A DNA stretch of 48,029 nucleotides from Synergistaceae bacterium. GTDB taxonomy: Bacteria > Synergistota > Synergistia > Synergistales > Aminobacteriaceae. This document shows positions 1-11,186 of this stretch, in pieces. Where the stretch lies: contig JAAYQT010000033.1 of assembly GCA_012519165.1 (NCBI GenBank), positions 1-48,029 of the forward strand, read 5' to 3'. The translations under genes and the position numbers were made by a program. The notes under the pieces were generated by a model, which did no database searches, was not told where the DNA came from, and was given only the letters and a program-made list of their open reading frames with translations. Positions within the stretch are counted from its first letter, which is position 1. Every line of letters starts with the position of its first letter.

Positions 1-1
1 C

Positions 2-1192
2 GTATTTGCGCCCCTGGCCGGGGTCGGCGTCATCATCGTGGACGAGGAGAGCAGCGGCGCCTACAGGACCTACAGGCGGCCCTTCCTGAACGTCAGGACC
101 GTTGCCGCCAGAAAGGCAGTCCTGGAGGGCGCGCGCCTCACCCTCTCCGGAAGGCTGCCTTCCTCCAGAGTTTACATAAGGAGCGCTCCCCGGTGCGGGT
201 GCAGGCCGCCCCGGGACACTGTGATGTTTGTGGACCTTAAACAGGGTTTCTCGCCCGAATACAGGGGCTTGACCGATACCCTGCGCCTCTCCGCGCCCCT
301 TTTCAGGGAGACCGCAAGGACGGTGTCAGAAGGCAGGGTTGCCCTCTGGCTCCTTGACCGGAAGGGGTACGCGGGGGAGGCTGCATGCGAGGACTGCGGC
401 AGCCCGGTTTTGTGCCCGGCCTGCGGACGGATAATGGCCTGGAGGGATGAAAAGGGGGTTTTACAGTGCGTGGCATGCGGCAAAACCCGGCCCCTTCCCG
501 AAGTGTGCCCGGTCTGCAGGGGCGCCCTTCTTAAAGGCAGGCGGCCGGGTCTGGAGGCCCTCTATCCCGTGGCAAGAGCCTCCCTGCCGGAAAATAAACC
601 CCTTTTTATTTGGGACGGCTCGAAGTCGTGGGGCAAGAAAGAGTATCAGACGGTGATAAAAGACCTTGAAGGGGGCGGGCTGGTTTTAGGCACCAGATCT
701 TCCCTTGCCCTGTGCGACAGGGCGGACGTCGGCTTTGCCGCCTGGATAGACGCGGACAGCGAGGTAAGGAACGTGGCCTTCCAGGCAAAATTTACCGCCT
801 TCTCCATGGTCTGGGAATCCATCTGGCGAGGCAGCGGCCGGGGCGGCAGAGTAGTACTGCTACAGAGCAGGCGCCCCGGTTCAGGCTGGCAGAAAGGGCT
901 TGTGGCGGGCTGGGACCGCTTTTGGGAGGATGAACTTAGAGAGCGGAAGGAGCTTGGCCTGCCGCCCTATTCTTTCCTTGTTGAAATAACATCTTCTTCC
1001 GGGGCCGTTAAAGATAGTATAATGGCGAAGCTGGAGGCGTCAAGGCTTGCGGTCATGGATCCCGGCGACCCGCCCGGGACGGTATGGGTTGAGGCCCGGT
1101 CGCCGGCCAGGGTCGGAAAAATTCTTGACCCGTATTTCTCAATTAAGAATTCCAGGGCCGGTTTTCCCGGGATTACCGTCTGGATAGACTGA
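2..1192 (+). CDS. priA: Primosomal protein N' (PriA), 5'-truncated by window edge
   Basis: Frame is open from nt 2 (VFAPLAGVGVIIVDEES, motif II-like). Four CxxC pairs (CEDC, CPAC, CVAC, CPVC), LDRKGY, and C-terminal ELRERKELGLPPY typical of PriA. Confidence 0.88.
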   Translation, partial: VFAPLAGVGVIIVDEESSGAYRTYRRPFLNVRTVAARKAVLEGARLTLSGRLPSSRVYIRSAPRCGCRPPRDTVMFVDLKQGFSPEYRGLTDTLRLSAPLFRETARTVSEGRVALWLLDRKGYAGEAACEDCGSPVLCPACGRIMAWRDEKGVLQCVACGKTRPLPEVCPVCRGALLKGRRPGLEALYPVARASLPENKPLFIWDGSKSWGKKEYQTVIKDLEGGGLVLGTRSSLALCDRADVGFAAWIDADSEVRNVAFQAKFTAFSMVWESIWRGSGRGGRVVLLQSRRPGSGWQKGLVAGWDRFWEDELRERKELGLPPYSFLVEITSSSGAVKDSIMAKLEASRLAVMDPGDPPGTVWVEARSPARVGKILDPYFSIKNSRAGFPGITVWID

Positions 1193-1215
1193 AACCTCTG
1201 GGAGGAAAATAATCA

Positions 1216-2532
1216 ATGCCAGTTGTGTCAATCATCGGAAGGCCAAACGTTGGAAAATCGTCCCTATTCAACAGGCTTATAGGCCGTAGGGAAGCCATTG
1301 TGGACGATATGCCCGGCGTCACCAGGGACAGGCTCTACGGCGAAGTGGAGTGGAAGGACAGAAAGTTTTACCTCGTCGATACGGGCGGCTTTGTTGAAAA
1401 GGACGACGATACTTTTTTCAAAGGGATAAGACAGCAGGTAAGGGCGGCCCTGGCCGAGAGCGACCTGGTCGTTTTTGTCATAGACGGCAGGGAAGGCCCC
1501 ACCTGGATGGACGAGGATGTGGCGGACATGCTCAGAAAGTCGGGGAAGCCCGTGCTGGTAGCCGCCAACAAGATAGACGACGGACTGCACGAGGACCGGG
1601 TATTTGACGCCTACTCCCTGGGCTTCGAAGAGGTCATCGGGGTAAGCGCGGAACACAAGCGCAATACCTACGACCTGCTCGACATGATAGTCGAAAGACT
1701 GCCCCCCGAGGAGCCCGAACCGGAGGCCGTCGACGAGATCCGCCTTGCCATTGTGGGAAGGCCCAACGTGGGCAAGTCAAGCATAATGAACCGCATCGCA
1801 GGCGCCGAGAGGGCGCTGGTCAGCGATATTCCCGGTACCACCAGGGACACGGTGGATACCGTTGTGGACATTGACGGCGTCAATTTCCGCCTCATCGATA
1901 CTGCGGGCCTCAGGCGAAAGAGCCGGATGGAGGGCGACATTGAGTACTACTCCTACGTAAGGACCATCCAGGCCATCGACAGGTGCGATATTGCCCTGCT
2001 GGTGATGGACGCCTCAGAACCGTGCACCGACCAGGATAAAAAGCTGGCCGGAGAAATAATTGAAAGGGGAAAGGGAATAGTCCTGGTCCTCAACAAGTGG
2101 GATCTTCTTGACAGGAAAAACGAGCAGGGCGACGTACTTCATAAAAAAATCAGGGATGAAATGCCCTTTATCTCCCACGCCCCCTTTCTCTTCCTGTCCG
2201 CCCTTACGGGCAGGGGGCTTGGGAAAATCTCTGAGACCGTTCTTAAAGTAGCGGAAAACCGCAAGAGGAGAATCGGGACCAACCTCCTGAACAGGCTTAT
2301 CCGGGATATTCTGGCCTTCAGCAGGCTGCCCACCGACGGCAGGGGCAGGGCGTTTAAAATATTCTACTGCACCCAGACCCGGGTGGAGCCTCCCACTTTT
2401 GTGTTTTTTGTAAACGCCCCCGACCTGGCCGAAAAATCCTTTCAAAACCACATTGAAAATGAGCTCAGGGCCCTTGGGGAGTTCGAAGGGTCTCCAATTC
2501 GCATTTTTTGGCGGGGAAAAAAGGGAAATTGA
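1216..2532 (+). CDS. der: Ribosome biogenesis GTPase Der/EngA
   Basis: Two tandem G domains (GRPNVGKS twice, DTGG/DTAG, NKID/NKWD), KH-like C-terminus, GGAGG RBS. Confidence 0.97.
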   Translation: MPVVSIIGRPNVGKSSLFNRLIGRREAIVDDMPGVTRDRLYGEVEWKDRKFYLVDTGGFVEKDDDTFFKGIRQQVRAALAESDLVVFVIDGREGPTWMDEDVADMLRKSGKPVLVAANKIDDGLHEDRVFDAYSLGFEEVIGVSAEHKRNTYDLLDMIVERLPPEEPEPEAVDEIRLAIVGRPNVGKSSIMNRIAGAERALVSDIPGTTRDTVDTVVDIDGVNFRLIDTAGLRRKSRMEGDIEYYSYVRTIQAIDRCDIALLVMDASEPCTDQDKKLAGEIIERGKGIVLVLNKWDLLDRKNEQGDVLHKKIRDEMPFISHAPFLFLSALTGRGLGKISETVLKVAENRKRRIGTNLLNRLIRDILAFSRLPTDGRGRAFKIFYCTQTRVEPPTFVFFVNAPDLAEKSFQNHIENELRALGEFEGSPIRIFWRGKKGN

Positions 2533-2541
2533 AGATTTTAC

Positions 2542-2571
2542 TTGACCTTAGCTGAACTTACTGGTAATAAT
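2542..2571 (+). promoter_or_regulatory. Putative sigma70 promoter for HU gene
   Basis: TTGACC at 2542, followed after 17-18 nt by TAATAAT. Confidence 0.45.
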
Positions 2572-2653
2572 GGTCGAGATGGAAGCTGCGCCTTCATGGG
2601 CATTGATTTTATCGAACGAGGAACTCAATACATCAAGAGGAGGTAGTAAAAAA

Positions 2654-2929
2654 GTGACCAAGGCGGAATTAATTACGGAAGTGGCGAAGGCGACCGGGCT
2701 GAATAAAAAAGCTTCAGGCGCCGCAGTCGGGGCGGTTTTCGAGGCCATCGAAAATTCCCTGGCTAAAGGGGAGAAGGTGCAGCTGGTCGGCTTCGGAACT
2801 TTCGAAGTCAGGGAAAGAGCTGCCCGGGAAGGACGCAACCCGCAGGATCCCAAGAAAGTCATCAAGATCCCTGCGAAGAAGGTCCCTGTTTTCAGGCCCG
2901 GAAAGGCTCTCAAGGATAAGGTTGAATAG
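2654..2929 (+). CDS. hup: DNA-binding protein HU
   Basis: MTKAELI...[19 protein letters not shown]...FRPGKALKD. Start set at GTG 2654 after GAGGAGG, rather than the ORF-track start at 2570. Confidence 0.95.
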   Translation: MTKAELITEVAKATGLNKKASGAAVGAVFEAIENSLAKGEKVQLVGFGTFEVRERAAREGRNPQDPKKVIKIPAKKVPVFRPGKALKDKVE

Positions 2930-3782
2930 ACTGGACTTTTAGTTTTTCCGTGGCCTCTTCCCCCGGTTCCGGGGGGGAGGCCATGCTTTTTTCCGCCCCT
3001 TCCATGAGAGCGAGCCATTCGTCAGACGAAAGGGCTTCAGCCCTGGAATTTTCGTCAATTTGATTTTTTACAAAAAGCTCCCGCCACGGCGCCCGGGGCA
3101 GGGAGGCCGCCAGGTTGCCGAGCGCCTTTTTCCGTCTCCGGCCAAATCCGTATTTCAGCATATCCCTCCAGAGGCTGTTGCGGGCCAAACCTCTCCTCTT
3201 TACAAGGTGAATTTCAAACAGGCAGGAGTCCACCGCCGGCGCAGGCCTGAACGCCCCTGCGGGTACGGTGAAAAGTATCTTAGCGCTTCCCATAGCCTCC
3301 AGCGTGGCTCCCAGGGGCCCTCTGTCCTTTGTTCCGGCGGGCGCGCCGATTCTGGCGGCCGCTTCCTTTTGAACCATTAGCAGCAGATAGTCCGCTGACG
3401 GGACGGTCTCAAGAAGTTTCCATATAAGGTGCGTGGTAATGTGGTAGGGGATATTGGCCACCACTTTAGACGGCGCGGGAGAAAGCCCGGTAAAGTTCAT
3501 CTCCATGGCGTCCCCCCAGTGAAGCCAGAAGCGGTTCTTTTCTCCATTTTCCAGGTCCTCAAGGAAGGGGCCCAGATCCCGGTCGATCTCCACGCTGTGA
3601 AGAAAAGAGCATCCGGAGGTCAGCAGTTTTCTGGTAAGAACCCCCTTGCCCGGCCCGATCTCAAGGATGACGTCACTGGGCCTGATAGCGGCCCTTTCGG
3701 CTATCTTTTCAAGAACGCGCTCGTCGGCAAGGAAATTTTGACCCAGGCTTTTTTTATGACGAAATACCCTCTCAGTCCCCAC
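2910..3782 (-). CDS. rsmA: 16S rRNA dimethyladenosine transferase RsmA/KsgA
   Basis: [34 protein letters not shown] motifs. Confidence 0.95.
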   Translation of the reverse strand: MGTERVFRHKKSLGQNFLADERVLEKIAERAAIRPSDVILEIGPGKGVLTRKLLTSGCSFLHSVEIDRDLGPFLEDLENGEKNRFWLHWGDAMEMNFTGLSPAPSKVVANIPYHITTHLIWKLLETVPSADYLLLMVQKEAAARIGAPAGTKDRGPLGATLEAMGSAKILFTVPAGAFRPAPAVDSCLFEIHLVKRRGLARNSLWRDMLKYGFGRRRKKALGNLAASLPRAPWRELFVKNQIDENSRAEALSSDEWLALMEGAEKSMASPPEPGEEATEKLKVQSIQPYP

Positions 3783-3803
3783 TACCTTTTCCTCCCGAAA
3801 TAC

Positions 3804-3830
3804 AAAAAAGCGGGGTATATACCCCGCTTT
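3804..3830 (-). terminator. Intrinsic terminator downstream of tRNA-Pro
   Basis: Minus strand reads AAAGCGGGGT-ATAT-ACCCCGCTTTTTT: perfect stem with U-tract. Confidence 0.8.
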
Positions 3831-3837
3831 AGATATC

Positions 3838-3915
3838 TGGTCGGGACGAGAGGATTCGAACCTCCGACCACCTGCACCCCATGCAGGTACGCTAGCCAGG
3901 CTGCGCTACGTCCCG
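3838..3915 (-). tRNA. tRNA-Pro(GGG)
   Basis: Minus strand CGGGACGTAGCGCAGCCTGG...CCTGC-AT-GGG-GT-GCAGG...GGTTCGAATCC...TCCCGACCA, with encoded CCA. Confidence 0.96.
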
Positions 3916-3928
3916 TTTTGCACTAGAT

Positions 3929-3957
3929 ATTCTACCGACAAGTCCTTGCCGTGTCAA
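3929..3957 (-). promoter_or_regulatory. Sigma70 promoter for tRNA-Pro/rsmA
   Basis: TTGACA-17 nt-TAGAAT on the minus strand, just upstream of the tRNA. Confidence 0.85.
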
Positions 3958-4080
3958 GTCTGATTGGCTATGTCGGAAAAGACTGTAAACATTTAAAACT
4001 GCCGTTGAACCCCTTATGGCAGACGGTCAACTACAGCTCCGCAGTAACTATTGATTTATGCCGCTGCAAAATGACATTTT

Positions 4081-4113
4081 AAAAAGCAGCCGGGCTAATA
4101 GCCCGGCCGCTTT
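4081..4113 (-). terminator. Intrinsic terminator of PFOR gene
   Basis: Minus strand AAAGCGGCCGGGCTA-T-TAGCCCGGCTGCTTTTT, about 10 nt after the stop codon. Confidence 0.8.
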
Positions 4114-4122
4114 GAGGTGATT

Positions 4123-7677
<3,555 letters not shown>

Positions 7678-7896
7678 TAATGTACCCCCTCTTGAATTTC
7701 AGGTTAAGGAGGTGCGCCGGCCCCCCGCCCTGATTATTATTTCTGTTTTCAGGCGGTCATGATTTTTTCATGCCGCGCCACCCAACCATTCTACAACAAA
7801 ACGGAGATTTTGCATTCCATTTAATTCCGTTGGTCGAAAAATTCTCCTTTTTCTCCTTCACCGGGGACGGGGAAGGGGAGAGCGCGGGGAAAAGGC

Positions 7897-7905
7897 TGTT
7901 ATAAT
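7897..7905 (+). promoter_or_regulatory. Extended -10 promoter for trmB-rsmD-coaD
   Basis: TGTTATAAT (TGn-TATAAT) about 40 nt upstream of the trmB start. Confidence 0.6.
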
Positions 7906-7947
7906 TGTTAATCTGAAATGAGCGCCCGATGAGGAGAGGTTCCGAAA

Positions 7948-8898
7948 TTGAAGCTTACCGACAAAATAATAGTCCTTCCGGAGAAAGAAAAGCTTCCCCT
8001 GGCCATGGACCGGGGAAGGGCGCCGGAGGCCGTTTTTTTGGAAATAGGATTCGGCAACGGAGAATTTTTGGAGGCCCTGGCCCGGAACAGCCCCGACGCC
8101 GTCTTTTGGGGCGCCGAGATGTCGGGCGCCTGCCTGGTGAGAGCCTTGAGGAGGGCGGGCCGGAGAGGCCTGGGAAATTTATTTCTTGTCTGCGCCGACG
8201 CCCGTTTTTTCCTTAGGGAGTGCGTGCCCGCGGCCTCACTGGACGGAATTTATATGAACTTTCCCTGTCCCTGGCCCAAGAAAAAACATGCCAGGCGCAG
8301 GGTTTCAAAGGGCGACTTCCCATCTGAAATTGCCAGGACCCTGAAGACGGGGGGATTCTTCGAGCTCGTTACCGATGAAGAATGGTACGGCGAGGAGGTG
8401 CGCGACGCCCTTGCGTCATGCCCGGGCCTGGCGCAGGAGGCCCGGGAGATAAATCCCCCAAGGCCGGTTAAGACCAAGTACGAGCGGAAATGGCTTGAGA
8501 TGGGGAAAAATATCTATATGTCCCGCTTTGTTAAGCCCGCCCCCTGGGGCGGCGAACGGGATGATTTTATTGGGAGGGCTGACGACGTGCACTTGTGCGT
8601 TCCCGGAAGGGCGGATCTCGATTTTGCCTTAAGGGGTTTGAAAAATGTTGAGGGCAGGGCGCAGGACGGCTTTTGGGTTTATAAAAGAGCCTACTCCTCG
8701 GGAGAGGACGCCCGGCTCATAGAGGTAGTATCGGGAGACGGGGCTTTCGAGCAGAAGTTTTTCCTCCAGGCGATTCAGAGGGATGAGGACATTCTCGTTA
8801 AGACTTCCCCCTACTCGACCCCCTTCCTCACGCCGGCAGTAAGGGGCGCCATGGAAGGACTTGCCGAAAGGCTCCGGGAGGCGACCTCCTCCCGGTGA
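7948..8898 (+). CDS. trmB: tRNA (guanine-N7)-methyltransferase TrmB
   Basis: LEIGFGNG, NFPCPWPKKKHARRR, VTD, TKYERKW. TTG start after GAGGAGAGG. Confidence 0.92.
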   Translation: MKLTDKIIVLPEKEKLPLAMDRGRAPEAVFLEIGFGNGEFLEALARNSPDAVFWGAEMSGACLVRALRRAGRRGLGNLFLVCADARFFLRECVPAASLDGIYMNFPCPWPKKKHARRRVSKGDFPSEIARTLKTGGFFELVTDEEWYGEEVRDALASCPGLAQEAREINPPRPVKTKYERKWLEMGKNIYMSRFVKPAPWGGERDDFIGRADDVHLCVPGRADLDFALRGLKNVEGRAQDGFWVYKRAYSSGEDARLIEVVSGDGAFEQKFFLQAIQRDEDILVKTSPYSTPFLTPAVRGAMEGLAERLREATSSR

Positions 8899-9404
8899 AG
8901 GAGAGCAGGCCCACAACGGGCAAGGTCCTGGGCGCCCTGTTTAACATCCTGGGAGACTTGCGGGGCCGGTCCTTCCTGGACATGTTTTCCGGCACGGGAA
9001 GGGTGGCCCGTCTCGCCAGGGACCGGGGCGCGTGCCATGTAACGGCGGTGGAGCTGCTTCCCTCCAGGGCTAAAGAGATCAGGGCCCTTTTCCCCGGGGA
9101 CGGGGGAGCCGTGGTCCTTGCCATGGACGCAAGGCGGGCCCTGGATTATCTTCGCAGAAAGGGACGCCTGTTCGACGTCGTGTTTGCGGACCCTCCCTAC
9201 GGGGCGGGTTGGACGGCTGAAATCGGACAACTGCTCTTCCCTCCCGGAGGGGGAGTGGTTGCAGAGGGCGGCATCGCCGTAGTGGAGCACTCTTCAAGGG
9301 AGGCCCTTCCCGGGGGACCGGGCTGGGTAATTGTGGAGAGCCGTAGGTACGGGGACGCCTCCCTGACTTTTTTAGCTTCCCGCGGAGGAGAGGAAGAAGA
9401 ATGA
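8895..9404 (+). CDS. rsmD: 16S rRNA m2G966 methyltransferase RsmD family
   Basis: RPTT, LDMFSGTG, FADPPY, RRYGD. Conserved adjacency to coaD. Confidence 0.85.
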   Translation: MKESRPTTGKVLGALFNILGDLRGRSFLDMFSGTGRVARLARDRGACHVTAVELLPSRAKEIRALFPGDGGAVVLAMDARRALDYLRRKGRLFDVVFADPPYGAGWTAEIGQLLFPPGGGVVAEGGIAVVEHSSREALPGGPGWVIVESRRYGDASLTFLASRGGEEEE

Positions 9405-9907
9405 AAAGAACTATCAGCGCCGTTTACCCCGGGTCCTTCGACCCCATAACCAACGGGCATATCTACATCACCGAGAGGGCGGCCGCTCTTTTCGACGAAG
9501 TGGTGGTCAGCGTCCTGCTTAACCCTCAAAAGAGGGCGGCCTTCTCCGTGGAGGAGAGGAAGGCCATGGCCAGGGAGGCCCTCAGCCATCTTCCGAATGT
9601 TAAAGTGGACTCCTTTTCGGGGCTCCTGGTGGACTTTTTAAGGCAGGAGAGGAGCAGGATAATAATAAGGGGACTCAGGGCCCTTTCGGATTTCGAGTAC
9701 GAGTTTCAACTCGCCCTCATGAACAGGCAGCTGGCCCCCGAGATCGAGACCCTTTTCATAGTTACCGAGGCCCGATACTCCTACCTGTCGAGCCACGCGG
9801 TAAAAGAGATATACCAGTTCGGCGGCGCAGTCCACGACATGGTGCCCCCGGGCGTCTTCCGCCGCCTCAGGGAGCGCTTTCCCCTTCCCCGAAATATTCA
9901 GCCGTGA
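9401..9907 (+). CDS. coaD: Phosphopantetheine adenylyltransferase
   Basis: YPGSFDPITNGH, RGLRALSDFEYE, YLSS. Confidence 0.97.
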   Translation: MKRTISAVYPGSFDPITNGHIYITERAAALFDEVVVSVLLNPQKRAAFSVEERKAMAREALSHLPNVKVDSFSGLLVDFLRQERSRIIIRGLRALSDFEYEFQLALMNRQLAPEIETLFIVTEARYSYLSSHAVKEIYQFGGAVHDMVPPGVFRRLRERFPLPRNIQP

Positions 9908-11102
9908 TGGTGCGCCGTTTTTTCTCAAGCCCCGGGGAGTATTTTTCCGTCATTTCCTCCCAGAGGTCGCAGGCGGAGCGCTCAATGCGGGCCAAAGTTC
10001 CTCCGGGTCCGGGGACCTTAACGGGAGCCTTCCCGAGGACCGGGAGGGTAGAACCGTCCCTCATGCGCCTCAGGATCTCCATGCCCTTTTGGTCGGCGCC
10101 CAGTACGCGGATATAGGCCGGTCCTGACTCCTGCAGGGCCCTGTTCTCCTCCTGCTTTATCCCCAGGAGAAAGTGAATGAGCTGGCGACGGATTCTGCCC
10201 GCAGGATACCGGGCCGTGGTGCATGCGGAGACAAACTCCTCCCACGAAGAACAGCGGGGAGCGTACTTTTTCAACCGGTTTTCAATGCCCTCGGTCATCC
10301 CGGAGAAGGTCGCAAGCTCTTCACGGGGCGTCCTCATCAGAAGAAAACGGGCAAGCCTCCAGAGCTTTTCACTGGATAAAACCGCACGGCCGCTGTCCAT
10401 GCACCTCTCAAGCACGGCGCAAGTGGAAGGAGGGAGCCCTTGTTCGGCGTCGCTGTCCCTACCTTCGTACAGGGCCTTCCTGATGGCAGTAGCGCTGGGT
10501 AGGGCCGCGGCGGCGTTTTCATCCAGATATCCTGCGCCTGCCCTTCTGACCGGTCTCCACCCGATCCGGTAGCCACGCTTAAGAATCCGCTCCATGTAGG
10601 ACAGGGCAAGGGAGTTGTTCGGTGTCGAAACAAAAGCGCCCCAGCCCGGCTGGATATTGTCCAGGGCCGCAGCCCGGGCTTTCACGTAGGAGTATCCCGA
10701 ATTCAGGTACTTTTTCAGATTATCCTTGAAAAATGTCGGTTCCTGCACTAGAATAGAAAGGATTGAAGCGAAGTTAAAATCGGGGCGCTCCATGCCGAAG
10801 GATACAATATCCACTACTCCGGCTGCTGCGAGGATATCGACCGCGCCTCCTGCGAAGACGCCTCCGTTATGGCATGAAAAAAAGGCTGGCAGTTCCAGGA
10901 CCAGGTTGATTCCGGCCCCGAGGGCCGTCTCCGCCCGGTCCCACTTGCTCAGAAGGGCCGGCTCCCCTCTCTGGGTAAAATAGGAGGACAGTACGGCAAC
11001 AAGGGCGTCGTCCCTGTCCTTGGCCGCCATGGAGATGTGATACAGGTGTCCTTTGTGAAGCGGGTTGTATTCCGCCACAATACCGATTATATTTTTGATT
11101 AT
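9867..11102 (-). CDS. tmcAL: tRNA(Met) cytidine acetate ligase TmcAL (YlbM family HIGH nucleotidyltransferase); start uncertain (ATA 11102 vs GTG 11078)
   Basis: GIVAEYNPLHKGH, FTQRGEPA, PNNSLALSY, SATAIR, EGIENR, YIRVLG. Confidence 0.88.
   Translation of the reverse strand: MIKNIIGIVAEYNPLHKGHLYHISMAAKDRDDALVAVLSSYFTQRGEPALLSKWDRAETALGAGINLVLELPAFFSCHNGGVFAGGAVDILAAAGVVDIVSFGMERPDFNFASILSILVQEPTFFKDNLKKYLNSGYSYVKARAAALDNIQPGWGAFVSTPNNSLALSYMERILKRGYRIGWRPVRRAGAGYLDENAAAALPSATAIRKALYEGRDSDAEQGLPPSTCAVLERCMDSGRAVLSSEKLWRLARFLLMRTPREELATFSGMTEGIENRLKKYAPRCSSWEEFVSACTTARYPAGRIRRQLIHFLLGIKQEENRALQESGPAYIRVLGADQKGMEILRRMRDGSTLPVLGKAPVKVPGPGGTLARIERSACDLWEEMTEKYSPGLEKKRRTITAEYFGEGESAP
11065..11093 (+). 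promoter_or_regulatory. Putative promoter for ackA operon, inside the tmcAL 5' end
   Basis: TTGTAT-17 nt-TATATT. Confidence 0.45.
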
Positions 11103-11134
11103 TCAGATCAGCCTCCCGCCGCTCCTTTTTAGCC

Positions 11135-11164
11135 ATGGTACAGCGGGCGGGGTTGGCGGGTCAA
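11135..11164 (-). promoter_or_regulatory. Putative promoter for tmcAL
   Basis: Minus strand TTGACC-18 nt-TACCAT. Confidence 0.5.
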
Positions 11165-11186
11165 GAAGAGAGGATGGGGTAGGGTA

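Noticed and set aside
3960-4080. 120-nt AT-richer gap between the tRNA-Pro promoter and PFOR terminator as a possible sRNA
   Set aside because: Only short, weak inverted repeats; no convincing promoter-terminator pair or known motif.
7894-7914. Rex operator near the PFOR/trmB promoters
   Set aside because: TGTTATAATTGTTAAT does not fit TTGTGAA-N4-TTCACAA spacing; better explained as an extended -10.
10867-11136. 89-aa minus-strand ORF as a frameshifted N-terminus of tmcAL
   Set aside because: Its ATG lies within the predicted -10 element, upstream of the TSS, and its sequence does not resemble TmcAL.
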